From: an uncultured Bacteroides sp.
GTDB lineage: Bacteria; Bacteroidota; Bacteroidia; Bacteroidales; Bacteroidaceae
Direction of reading: 5' to 3'
Assembly: GCA_947038155.1 (NCBI GenBank)
Contig: CAMQVH010000013.1
Span: 317-64,316, forward strand
Length of the DNA stretch: 64,000 nucleotides
How positions within the stretch are numbered: the first letter of the stretch is position 1; each line of letters begins with the position of its first letter. The notes under the pieces were generated by a model. The model ran no database searches. It saw only the letters and a list, made by a program, of their open reading frames with translations, and had not been told where the DNA came from. Made by a program: the position numbers and the translations under genes. Shown piece by piece: positions 50,469 to 59,862 of the stretch.

Positions 50469-52199
50469 ATGAAACACTCTCTTTATATAATAGGCGGACT
50501 TGCATTGGCGATTTCCATGCCGTCCGACCTTCAAGCCCAAACTACCCAGCCCAAGGATACGACCATGAATCGTACCGTTGTTGTGGAACAAGAATATAAC
50601 CCGGATATTATGGATGCTTCGAAAGTAAACGTCCTGCCCAAAGTGGAAGAACCGACGGTAAGCAAGAAAGAGGTAGAGTATGCTACGACTTTCTTTCCGG
50701 CAACTTCTGTCCCGGCGGGTCTGATGAATCCTTATACCGGAAAAGAAGTCCAGCCCGGCAGCACTCCCGGATATGTACGTGCCGGATATGGCAATTTAGG
50801 CAATCTGGATGTTCTTGCCAATTATTTATTCCGCCTCTCGGATAAAGACAAACTGAATGTACGTTTCCAGATGGACGGAATGGACGGAAAATTGACTCTT
50901 CCTTTTACAGATGGTGAGAAATGGAATGCTTTCTATTATCGCACACGTGCTAATGTGGATTACACACACCAATTCAACAAATTGGATTTGAATATTGCCG
51001 GAAACTTCGGCTTGAGCAACTTCAACTTCAAACCGGGAAGTGTAAACAGTAAGCAGAAATTCACTTCCGGTGACTTTCATGCCGGTATTCATTTTATCGA
51101 CGAAACTGCACCGCTTCGTTTCAATGCCGAAACAAATCTGCTGATGTACGAACGTCAGCATAATATGCTCAATGGGAATGATGCCAATACAGCTATTAAA
51201 GAAACAATCATACGCACCAAAGGCGATGTCACGGGAGCTATCGGTGACCAACAATCGGTGACTATCGCTCTGGAAATGAATAATCTCTTGTATAGCGGAT
51301 ATCCAAAGGATGTCTCTACCGGAGACGAGTATTTCAAGAACTATACGACGCTTCTCCTGAATCCATATTATGAGTTGGACAACGACGACTGGAAACTGCA
51401 CGTCGGCGCCAACGTAGACCTGTCTTTTGGGTTCGACAAGTCCTTCCGTGTCTCGCCGGATATTACTGCACAATATATCTTTTCCGACAGCTATGTGGTT
51501 TACGCAAAAGCGACGGGCGGCAAGCAACTGAATGATTTCCGCAGACTGGAGAATATCTGTCCTTATGCAGACTCTTATATACCGGCATTATCAGAAGCGA
51601 GTACCATCCTCAGTCATACCTTCGACACTTACGAACAAGTCAACGCCAGCATCGGATTCAAGGCAAGTCCCTATACCGGGGTTTGGTTTCACCTGTTCGG
51701 AGGATATCAGAATCTGAAGAATGATTTAATGTATAGCAGCCAAGCCCTATGCACCTCCAGCACGGGTCCAATAGGCAACACACTTACTTTCCAACAGGAA
51801 AACACCAGCAATGTATATGCAGGTGGTGAATTTACCTACGACTATAAAGACATTCTTTCTGTTGCAGCCCGCTATACTTATCGCAACTGGAACAGTAACC
51901 GAAATGAATATCTGCTCAACATAAAGCCCGAGAATGAAGTTTCCGTATCTCTGGGTCTTCAGCCTGTTTCCGCTCTCCGGGTCAACATCGGCTACGATTA
52001 TATCGGACGCAAGCAAGAACCGGTGTCTTTCCCTATGTCGGACGTGAACGACTTATATGTCGGAGCCAGCTACAATGTATTCAAAGGAGTTTCTGTTTAT
52101 GCACAGGTACACAATCTGCTGAACAAGAAATATCAATATTATATAGGTTATCCTGCGGAAGGATTCAATTTCTTGGGAGGATTGAGCTTCCGGTTCTAA
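50469..52199 (+). CDS. Outer-membrane beta-barrel protein (TonB-receptor-like C-terminus, no obvious plug)
   Basis: Signal peptide; amphipathic beta strands; NLLNKKY; C-terminal GFNFLGGLSFRF beta-signal. Confidence 0.8.
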   Translation: MKHSLYIIGGLALAISMPSDLQAQTTQPKDTTMNRTVVVEQEYNPDIMDASKVNVLPKVEEPTVSKKEVEYATTFFPATSVPAGLMNPYTGKEVQPGSTPGYVRAGYGNLGNLDVLANYLFRLSDKDKLNVRFQMDGMDGKLTLPFTDGEKWNAFYYRTRANVDYTHQFNKLDLNIAGNFGLSNFNFKPGSVNSKQKFTSGDFHAGIHFIDETAPLRFNAETNLLMYERQHNMLNGNDANTAIKETIIRTKGDVTGAIGDQQSVTIALEMNNLLYSGYPKDVSTGDEYFKNYTTLLLNPYYELDNDDWKLHVGANVDLSFGFDKSFRVSPDITAQYIFSDSYVVYAKATGGKQLNDFRRLENICPYADSYIPALSEASTILSHTFDTYEQVNASIGFKASPYTGVWFHLFGGYQNLKNDLMYSSQALCTSSTGPIGNTLTFQQENTSNVYAGGEFTYDYKDILSVAARYTYRNWNSNRNEYLLNIKPENEVSVSLGLQPVSALRVNIGYDYIGRKQEPVSFPMSDVNDLYVGASYNVFKGVSVYAQVHNLLNKKYQYYIGYPAEGFNFLGGLSFRF

Positions 52200-52277
52200 A
52201 AAAATAAAGGGATAATCCAACAAGCTGCCACACGAATTCTTTCTGAATCATTTTTCAAGATTTTACTAAAAAACATT

Positions 52278-52318
52278 AGATTCTCCTTATATTATAAGGT
52301 AGGGAGAATCTTTTTTTC
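52278..52318 (+). terminator. Probable intrinsic terminator of the TPR/OMP operon
   Basis: AGATTCTCC pairs with GGAGAATCT and is followed by a T run. Confidence 0.55.
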
Positions 52319-52368
52319 TACTTTTGTCCCCGAATATTGTGGTACAAGCCATTATAAAAGAAAGAATT

Positions 52369-54720
52369 ATGCAGAAAAACCTTGTCATTGTCGAGTCTCC
52401 GGCAAAAGCAAAAACGATTGAAAAGTTTCTTGGGAAAGATTTTAAAGTCCTTTCAAGTTACGGACACATACGCGACCTGAAGAAGAAAGACTTCAGCATC
52501 GACGTAGAGAAGAATTTTAAGCCCAACTACGAAATTCCGGCAGACAAAAAGGCTTTGGTCAGCACACTGAAAGCAGAAGCAAAAGAGGCGGAAACCGTAT
52601 GGCTCGCATCCGATGAGGACCGCGAGGGAGAGGCTATTGCCTGGCATCTGTATGAGGTCTTAAAACTGAAACCGGAAAACACAAAACGGATCGTATTCCA
52701 TGAAATTACGAAAAACGCTATTCTAAAAGCTATTGAACAACCACGCGATATCAACATCAACCTCGTGAATGCACAGCAGGCACGACGTATCCTGGACCGC
52801 ATCGTAGGTTTCGAGCTGTCTCCCGTACTCTGGAGAAAAGTGAAACCGGCACTTTCGGCAGGACGCGTACAGTCGGTTACCGTCCGCCTGATTGTAGAGC
52901 GCGAGCGCGAAATCCACGCTTTCAAATCGGAAGCAGCCTATCGGGTGGTCGCCGTTTTCCTGGTGCCCGACACTGACGGAAAACCGGTGGAAATGAAAGC
53001 CGAACTAGTGCGCCGTATCAAAACCAAAAAAGAGGCAAAGGCTTTCCTCGAAACTTGCCAGGGAGCTAATTTTGCTATCGAAGATATTACCACCCGTCCG
53101 GTAAAGAAAACGCCACCCGCACCGTTCACTACGTCTACATTGCAACAGGAAGCCGCCCGTAAACTGGGATATACCGTAGCACAGACCATGATGCTTGCAC
53201 AACGTCTGTACGAGTCGGGATTCATCACTTATATGCGTACGGACTCCGTCAACCTGTCGGAATTTGCAACGATAGGCAGCAAAGACGCCATCGTCAAAAT
53301 GATGGGCGACCGCTATGTGCATCCGCGCCATTTTGAGACAAAGACCAAAGGCGCACAGGAAGCGCATGAGGCTATCCGTCCAACGTATATGGAAAACCAG
53401 ACCATAGAAGGCTCACCACAGGAAAAGAAACTGTACGAACTGATATGGAAACGTACCATCGCCTCACAGATGGCGGACGCGGAACTGGAAAAGACAACCG
53501 CAACCATCACGATAAGTGGCAGCAGCGATGTGTTTACTGCTGTCGGCGAAGTAATCAAGTTCGACGGCTTCTTACGCGTCTACCGTGAATCTTATGACGA
53601 TGACAGTGAGCAGGAAGATGAAAGCCGCTTGTTGCCCCCTTTGAAAAAGGGACAGAAACTGGAACACGGCCCTATCATCGCCACCGAACGTTTCAGCCAG
53701 CGCCCACCACGCTATACGGAAGCCAGCCTGGTACGCAAGTTGGAGGAGTTGGGCATCGGACGTCCGTCTACGTATGCACCTACCATCTCGACCATCCAAC
53801 AGCGCGAATATGTAGAAAAGGGAAACAAGGACGGAGAAGAACGCAACTTTAATGTGATGATCCTGAAAGACAATCAGATTAAGGACGAGAACCATTCCGA
53901 AATCACCGGTGCCGAAAAGTCCAAGCTGTTCCCTACGGATACGGGTATAGTGGTAAACGACTTCCTGACCGAATACTTCCCGGACATTCTGGACTACAAC
54001 TTTACGGCAAGTGTGGAAAAAGATTTCGACGAGATTGCGGAAGGCGGCGTGCAATGGACTTCCATCATGAAGACTTTCTATGATAAATTCCATCCGTCGG
54101 TAGAAAACACATTGGCTATCAAGACAGAACACAAGGTAGGCGAACGCATCTTGGGAGAAGACCCGGAAAGCGGCAAGCCTGTTTCGGTGAAGATTGGGCG
54201 TTTCGGTCCTATGGCACAAATCGGTACGGTAGAAGATGAAGAAAAGCCACGGTTTGCCCAATTGAAGAAAGGACAGTCCATAGAAACCATCACTTTGGAA
54301 GAAGTTCTCGAATTATTCAAACTTCCCCGTACACTGGGCGAGTATGAAGGAAAGACAGTCAGTGTAGGTATCGGCCGTTTCGGTCCCTATGTTTTGCATA
54401 ATAAGGTATATGTATCACTACCGAAAACAATGGACCCGATGGTAATCACTTTGGAAGAGGCAGAACAACTGATTCTCGAAAAACGCCAGAAGGAAGCCGA
54501 ACGCCACATCAAGAAGTTTGAAGAAGAACCGGAGCTGGAAATTCTGAATGGTCGTTACGGACCTTATATTACTTATAAGGGCAATAACTATAAGATTCCT
54601 AAAGATATCGTTCCACAGGATTTGAGCCTGCAAAGTTGTTTGGAACTAATCAAGATACAGAACGAAAAAGGGGAAACGTCTTCCTTCAAACGAGGAAAAC
54701 GGACTGCGAAGAAGAAATAA
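52369..54720 (+). CDS. topA: DNA topoisomerase I
   Basis: NLVIVESPAKAKTI, ASDEDREGEAI, SAGRVQS, ITYMRTD (catalytic Tyr), C-terminal GRFGP repeats. ATG 52369; TACTTTTG at 52319. Confidence 0.97.
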   Translation: MQKNLVIVESPAKAKTIEKFLGKDFKVLSSYGHIRDLKKKDFSIDVEKNFKPNYEIPADKKALVSTLKAEAKEAETVWLASDEDREGEAIAWHLYEVLKLKPENTKRIVFHEITKNAILKAIEQPRDININLVNAQQARRILDRIVGFELSPVLWRKVKPALSAGRVQSVTVRLIVEREREIHAFKSEAAYRVVAVFLVPDTDGKPVEMKAELVRRIKTKKEAKAFLETCQGANFAIEDITTRPVKKTPPAPFTTSTLQQEAARKLGYTVAQTMMLAQRLYESGFITYMRTDSVNLSEFATIGSKDAIVKMMGDRYVHPRHFETKTKGAQEAHEAIRPTYMENQTIEGSPQEKKLYELIWKRTIASQMADAELEKTTATITISGSSDVFTAVGEVIKFDGFLRVYRESYDDDSEQEDESRLLPPLKKGQKLEHGPIIATERFSQRPPRYTEASLVRKLEELGIGRPSTYAPTISTIQQREYVEKGNKDGEERNFNVMILKDNQIKDENHSEITGAEKSKLFPTDTGIVVNDFLTEYFPDILDYNFTASVEKDFDEIAEGGVQWTSIMKTFYDKFHPSVENTLAIKTEHKVGERILGEDPESGKPVSVKIGRFGPMAQIGTVEDEEKPRFAQLKKGQSIETITLEEVLELFKLPRTLGEYEGKTVSVGIGRFGPYVLHNKVYVSLPKTMDPMVITLEEAEQLILEKRQKEAERHIKKFEEEPELEILNGRYGPYITYKGNNYKIPKDIVPQDLSLQSCLELIKIQNEKGETSSFKRGKRTAKKK

Positions 54721-54767
54721 AAAAAATCAGGGTGTCGGTCAACGTGAGACCGGCACCCTGTTTTTTT
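54721..54767. terminator. Bidirectional terminator between topA and argS
   Basis: A run, CAGGGTGTCGGTC / GACCGGCACCCTG stem, T7 run. Confidence 0.85.
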
Positions 54768-54788
54768 CAGATAAATATCCGATTGTTC

Positions 54789-56606
54789 TTACATTCGTGA
54801 AGGAACTTCGATGCCCAACAGGCCCATACCCAAACGAACCACTTTAGCTACATTTGCCGACAGAGCGATACGGAACACTTTCACCGCTTCATTCTCTTCG
54901 CGCAAAATACTGAAGTCGTGGTAGAACTGATTGTATTCTTTCACCAGGTCGTAGGTGTAATTGGCGATGATAGACGGGCTGTAGTCCTCGCCTGCCTGTT
55001 TGACAACAGCGGCAAAATCGGCAACCATTTGAATCAGTCCTTCTTCTTTTTCACTCAATTCAATACCGGCAGGAATCTGCTCGGGTATCACGATTCCCGA
55101 TTCGGCAGCCTTACGAAGTACGGACTGGATACGGGCATAGGTATATTGGATGAACGGTCCTGTGTTGCCGTTGAAGTCAATAGATTCTTTCGGGTTGAAC
55201 GTCATGTTCTTACGGGCGTCCACTTTCAGGATGAAATACTTCAAAGCACCCAAACCGACGATACGGGCAATATCATCCGCTTCTTCCTGTGTCAAGCCGT
55301 CCAGTTTGCCCAGTTCCTGCGAAGTTTCTTTGGCAGTGGTAATCATCTCTTCCATCAGGTCGTCAGCATCCACCACCGTACCTTCACGGGATTTCATCTT
55401 ACCTTCCGGCAGTTCCACCATTCCGTAAGAGAAGTGAACCAGACTCTTGCCCCACTCGAAGCCGAGTTTGTCAAGCAGGATAGAAAGCACCTGGAAATGA
55501 TAGTTCTGTTCGTTACCCACTACATAAATCATCTTGTCAATGGGATAATCGGCAAAACGGAGTTTAGCTGTGCCGATGTCCTGCGTCATGTAAACAGATG
55601 TGCCGTCACCACGGAGAAGCAACTTATGGTCCAGCCCTTCAGCAGTCAGGTCAGCCCACACAGAGCCGTCTTCCTTCTTGAAGAAGAAACCTTTCTCCAG
55701 TCCTTCCATCACTTTCTCTTTTCCTTCAAGATAGGTGTTGGATTCATAATATATCTTGTCGAAGCTGACACCCATCTTCTTGTAGGTTTCATCGAAACCG
55801 GCATATACCCAGTTGTTCATCATCTCCCACAATCCGCGTACTTCCGGGTCACCTGCTTCCCACTTCACAAGCATTTCACGGGCTTCCTGCATCAATGGGG
55901 AAGCAGCTTCCGCTTTCGCCTTCGCCTCTTCATCATTCATTCCCTGTGCTGTATATCCAGCCATCAGTTCCTTAACTTCCGCCTTATAATGCTTATCGAA
56001 AGATACATAATAATCACCTACCAGATGGTCGCCTTTCTTGCCGGAAGTCTCGGGAGTTTCACCGTTGCCGTATTTCTTCCATGCCAACATGGATTTACAG
56101 ATATGGATGCCACGGTCGTTAACGATATTGGTCTTTACCACCTTGTTGCCGTTTGCAGCCACAATGTTAGCCAATGCGTTACCCAAAAGGTTGTTACGCA
56201 CGTGTCCCAAGTGAAGCGGCTTGTTCGTATTCGGAGAAGAATATTCAATCATCACCAACGGCGAAGTTTCGGTAGCTTTTACCAGACCATATTGTTCGTC
56301 AGCCTGAATCTCATTCAGCAACTGAATCCACGTAGCTGATGCGATAGTCAGGTTCAGAAACCCTTTTATCACGTTAAAGGTAGCCACTGCCGGTTCGTTA
56401 GCCTTCAGATATTCGCCAATTTCCTGCGCCGTCTGTTCCGGGCCTTTTCTCGACATTTTCAGAAAAGGGAACACAACCAGCGTCAGATGTCCTTCAAATT
56501 CTTTTTTGGTCTTTTGGATTTGCACCATCTTTTCAGGGACTTCCTGACCGTAGAGTGCCTTCAGTCCGCTAATGACGGACGCTACAATTTTATCTTCTAT
56601 CTTCAT
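54789..56606 (-). CDS. argS: Arginine--tRNA ligase
   Basis: EYSSPNTNKPLHLGHVRN (HIGH-like), KMKSREG, GNTGPFIQYTYARI. Start at ATG 56606, after a TATCTTTG box at 56635-56628. Confidence 0.97.
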   Translation of the reverse strand: MKIEDKIVASVISGLKALYGQEVPEKMVQIQKTKKEFEGHLTLVVFPFLKMSRKGPEQTAQEIGEYLKANEPAVATFNVIKGFLNLTIASATWIQLLNEIQADEQYGLVKATETSPLVMIEYSSPNTNKPLHLGHVRNNLLGNALANIVAANGNKVVKTNIVNDRGIHICKSMLAWKKYGNGETPETSGKKGDHLVGDYYVSFDKHYKAEVKELMAGYTAQGMNDEEAKAKAEAASPLMQEAREMLVKWEAGDPEVRGLWEMMNNWVYAGFDETYKKMGVSFDKIYYESNTYLEGKEKVMEGLEKGFFFKKEDGSVWADLTAEGLDHKLLLRGDGTSVYMTQDIGTAKLRFADYPIDKMIYVVGNEQNYHFQVLSILLDKLGFEWGKSLVHFSYGMVELPEGKMKSREGTVVDADDLMEEMITTAKETSQELGKLDGLTQEEADDIARIVGLGALKYFILKVDARKNMTFNPKESIDFNGNTGPFIQYTYARIQSVLRKAAESGIVIPEQIPAGIELSEKEEGLIQMVADFAAVVKQAGEDYSPSIIANYTYDLVKEYNQFYHDFSILREENEAVKVFRIALSANVAKVVRLGMGLLGIEVPSRM

Positions 56607-56636
56607 AATCAAGTTGTTTCTTGCGCGCAAAGATAC

Positions 56637-56663
56637 AAAAAAAGGAGACGCATCACGTCTCCT
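56637..56663 (-). terminator. Terminator of the HU gene
   Basis: AGGAGACG / CGTCTCCT stem with a T run on the minus strand. Confidence 0.7.
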
Positions 56664-56690
56664 CTTTCCAATTTCTTTCAACTATATGTC

Positions 56691-56963
56691 TTATTCAACA
56701 GCTGCAGACAATTCAGCACCAGCTTTAAACTTAGCTACTTTCTTTGCAGGAATAGTAATAGTTGCCTTTGTAGAAGGGTTAATACCAGTTCTTTCAGCCC
56801 TTTCGCTTACAGAGAAAGTACCAAAACCAACGAGGGATACTTTTTCGCCAGCTTTCATAGCATTAGTAACTGAAGTGATGAAAGCATCAAGTGCTTTTTT
56901 TGCATCGGCTTTGCTCATTTGAGATTCAGCAGCCATTGCGCTGATAAGTTCAGACTTATTCAT
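56691..56963 (-). CDS. hup: DNA-binding protein HU
   Basis: MNKSELI, VSLVGFGTF, RTGINPST, KFKAG. Promoter TTTG (57059-57056), 19 bp, TATATTTG (57036-57029). Confidence 0.97.
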   Translation of the reverse strand: MNKSELISAMAAESQMSKADAKKALDAFITSVTNAMKAGEKVSLVGFGTFSVSERAERTGINPSTKATITIPAKKVAKFKAGAELSAAVE

Positions 56964-57180
56964 AATACGTGAATGATTAATTAATATATATGTTACACAA
57001 AAGATTATCTTTCAAGGAATTGATTTCACAAATATAACCGAACAAAACAACATATCAAATAAAAACATAAAAAAAACGCAGCAAATTATTGAAAAAGAGC
57101 TAATAGGAAGTCTTTTTCATGCTTTAAAACAGAATTTATTCGTACTTTTGCGTTTATTATCTAAATATTCAGAAATTAAA

Positions 57181-57858
57181 ATGATGCCAACTGTAACTAA
57201 AAACCTGATAATTATCAATGTACTGGTATTTTTCGGTACATTCGTTGCCCAACGATACGGTATAGACTTAACGAATTATCTGGGATTGCATTTTTTCCTT
57301 GCAAGCGATTTCAATCCGGCACAACTTATCACTTATATGTTCATGCACGGCGGATTCAGCCACATTTTCTTCAATATGTTCGCCGTTTTCATGTTCGGTT
57401 CGATTCTCGAACAAACTTGGGGACCGAAACGTTTTCTGTTTTACTATATCCTTTGCGGCATCGGTGCAGGGCTTATTCAGGAAGGAGTGCAGTATATCCA
57501 GTATGTGACGGAACTGAGCCATTACGCACAAGTAAACATAGGTACGGGAATCATCCCCATGGAAGAATTTCTGAATATGATGACTACCGTAGGTGCTTCG
57601 GGAGCGGTCTACGCCATTTTGCTGGCATTCGGTATGTTGTTTCCCGACAACCGCCTGTTCGTCTTCCCGCTACCCTTCCCTATCAAAGCGAAATTCTTTG
57701 TTATCGGATATGCCGCAATCGAATTATGGGCGGGACTAGCCGATAGTGCCGGAGACAATATCGCTCACTTCGCCCACCTGGGGGGAATGTTGTTCGGACT
57801 GATTCTGATTTTATATTGGAGAAAAAAAAACAATAACAATGAGACATATTATAGCTGA
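57181..57858 (+). CDS. Rhomboid intramembrane serine protease
   Basis: TYMFMHGGFSHIFFNM, VGASG, AHFAHLGG. Confidence 0.92.
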   Translation: MMPTVTKNLIIINVLVFFGTFVAQRYGIDLTNYLGLHFFLASDFNPAQLITYMFMHGGFSHIFFNMFAVFMFGSILEQTWGPKRFLFYYILCGIGAGLIQEGVQYIQYVTELSHYAQVNIGTGIIPMEEFLNMMTTVGASGAVYAILLAFGMLFPDNRLFVFPLPFPIKAKFFVIGYAAIELWAGLADSAGDNIAHFAHLGGMLFGLILILYWRKKNNNNETYYS

Positions 57859-58744
57859 TTTAAAAGAAACGTTCAGAAGAGGAAACATTTTTATCCAGCT
57901 GATTTATATTAACGTCGGTATTTTTATTATCGGCACACTGGTTAATGTTTTCCTGCAACTATTCAATTTCAATATCCTTGATATATTCAGTATTTTTTCC
58001 CTGCCGGCATCGTTTATCGGCTTTATCCATCAGCCGTGGTCACTGTTCACCTATATGTTCATGCATGCAGGCATCCTACATATCCTGTTCAATATGCTAT
58101 GGCTGTACTGGTTCGGAAGTCTGTTTCTCTACTTCTTTTCGGCAAAGCATCTGAGAGGTTTGTATGTATTGGGCGGTATCTGCGGCGGTTTATTATATAT
58201 GGTCGCCTACAATGCATTTCCTTTATTCAGTTCGCAGGTGGCGGGCTCCACACTAGTAGGTGCATCGGCATCCGTACTGGCTATCGTAGCAGCAACGGCA
58301 TACCGTGAACCAAACTACCGGGTACAACTCTTCCTGTTCGGCGCTATCCGACTCAAATACCTGGCGTTAATCGTTATCGGCATTGATGTATTATCCATCA
58401 CCTCCAGCAACGCAGGCGGACATATCGCCCATTTAGGCGGTGCGCTCGCCGGACTTTGGTTTGCCGCAAGTTTGAGTAAAGGCGTTGATTTAACTTCTTG
58501 GATTAACCGGATTCTGGATGGTTTCATTTTTCTGTTCCAAAAGAAAACATGGAAACGAAAGCCCAAAATGAAAGTACACTACGGCAACAGTGCTACCGGT
58601 CGTGAGAAGGATTACGATTACAATGCCCGCAAGAAAGCACAGTCCGACGAAGTAGACCGCATTTTGGAAAAACTGAAAAAGTCCGGTTACGACAGTCTGA
58701 CTACAGAAGAAAAGAAAAGCTTGTTCGACGCAAGCAAAAGATAA
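57839..58744 (+). CDS. Rhomboid protease with C-terminal DUF6576-like tail
   Basis: PWSLFTYMFMH..HILFNM, VGASA, HIAHLGG, EVDRILEKLKKSGYDSLT. Confidence 0.9.
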   Translation: MRHIIADLKETFRRGNIFIQLIYINVGIFIIGTLVNVFLQLFNFNILDIFSIFSLPASFIGFIHQPWSLFTYMFMHAGILHILFNMLWLYWFGSLFLYFFSAKHLRGLYVLGGICGGLLYMVAYNAFPLFSSQVAGSTLVGASASVLAIVAATAYREPNYRVQLFLFGAIRLKYLALIVIGIDVLSITSSNAGGHIAHLGGALAGLWFAASLSKGVDLTSWINRILDGFIFLFQKKTWKRKPKMKVHYGNSATGREKDYDYNARKKAQSDEVDRILEKLKKSGYDSLTTEEKKSLFDASKR

Positions 58745-58748
58745 AAGA

Positions 58749-59834
58749 ATGGAACATATAGGCAAAATTGTCGCATTTCTGATACTGGCCATCAACGCTT
58801 TCTTTGTGGGAACGTTGATATTAAGTGCGTATAGCCCTTATCTCAGTCCCAAAGCAAACCCGCTTGCTTCCAGTCTCGGACTTGCGTTCCCGATATTTCT
58901 GGCTGTCAACTTCCTGTTCCTTATTTTTTGGGCATTTATCAATTACCGCTACGCGTTATTGCCAATCATCGGTTTTCTGGTTTGTATTCCGCAAATTCGG
59001 ACGTATATCCCTTTCAATTCCACCACCAAAACAATCCCTGAAGGAAGCATCAAACTTCTATCCTACAACGTAATGAGTTTTAATCATATGGAAAAGAAAG
59101 ACGGGGAAAACCCTATCCTGTCGTATCTGGCAAATAGCAAAGCCGACATTATCTGCCTGCAGGAATATAATACAGCCACCAACAAGCAATTTCTAACGGA
59201 GCAGGACGTGAAAAAAGCGCTGAAAGCCTATCCTTACCAGTCTATCCGCCAGCAAGGAAGAGGAGAGGTACAGCTAGCCTGTTTCTCCAAATTTCCCATA
59301 CTATCCGCACGTCCCATCAGGTACGAAAGCAGTTATAACGGTTCCATGAGATACGTACTGAATGTAAACAACGACACGATTATGTTGATAAACAATCACT
59401 TGGAATCCAACAAGCTCACCAAGGAAGACAGAGGAATCTACGAAGACATGATAAAAGACCCGAATGCGCAAAAGGTGAAAACCGGACTTCGGCAACTAGT
59501 CAGGAAGCTCGCGGAAGCATCGGCCATCCGTGCGTCACAAGCAGACTCCGTAGCCAACTATGTAGCGGAAAGCAAATATCCGACCATTATTGCGTGCGGT
59601 GACTTCAACGAGGGTTCCATCTCGTACACACACCGTATCCTGACCCAAAAGCTGGACGACGCATTTACCCACTCCGGCAAGGGGCTGGGGATTTCCTATA
59701 ATCAGAACAAGTTCTATTTCCGAATCGACAATATCCTGATAAGCCCCAACCTGAAAGCTTATAATTGCACCGTAGACCAGTCAATCAAAGCTTCCGACCA
59801 CTACCCTATCTGGTGCTATATCAGCAAGCGATAA
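58749..59834 (+). CDS. Membrane-anchored EEP family protein
   Basis: N-terminal TM helices; SYNV, CLQE, NHLES, CGDFN, RIDNI, SDHYP. Confidence 0.9.
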   Translation: MEHIGKIVAFLILAINAFFVGTLILSAYSPYLSPKANPLASSLGLAFPIFLAVNFLFLIFWAFINYRYALLPIIGFLVCIPQIRTYIPFNSTTKTIPEGSIKLLSYNVMSFNHMEKKDGENPILSYLANSKADIICLQEYNTATNKQFLTEQDVKKALKAYPYQSIRQQGRGEVQLACFSKFPILSARPIRYESSYNGSMRYVLNVNNDTIMLINNHLESNKLTKEDRGIYEDMIKDPNAQKVKTGLRQLVRKLAEASAIRASQADSVANYVAESKYPTIIACGDFNEGSISYTHRILTQKLDDAFTHSGKGLGISYNQNKFYFRIDNILISPNLKAYNCTVDQSIKASDHYPIWCYISKR

Positions 59835-59862
59835 GAACTGTGAACTCTAATATAAAACACAT

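Noticed and set aside
54918-56339. 473-aa plus-strand ORF
   Set aside because: It is an antisense shadow of argS with no recognisable motifs.
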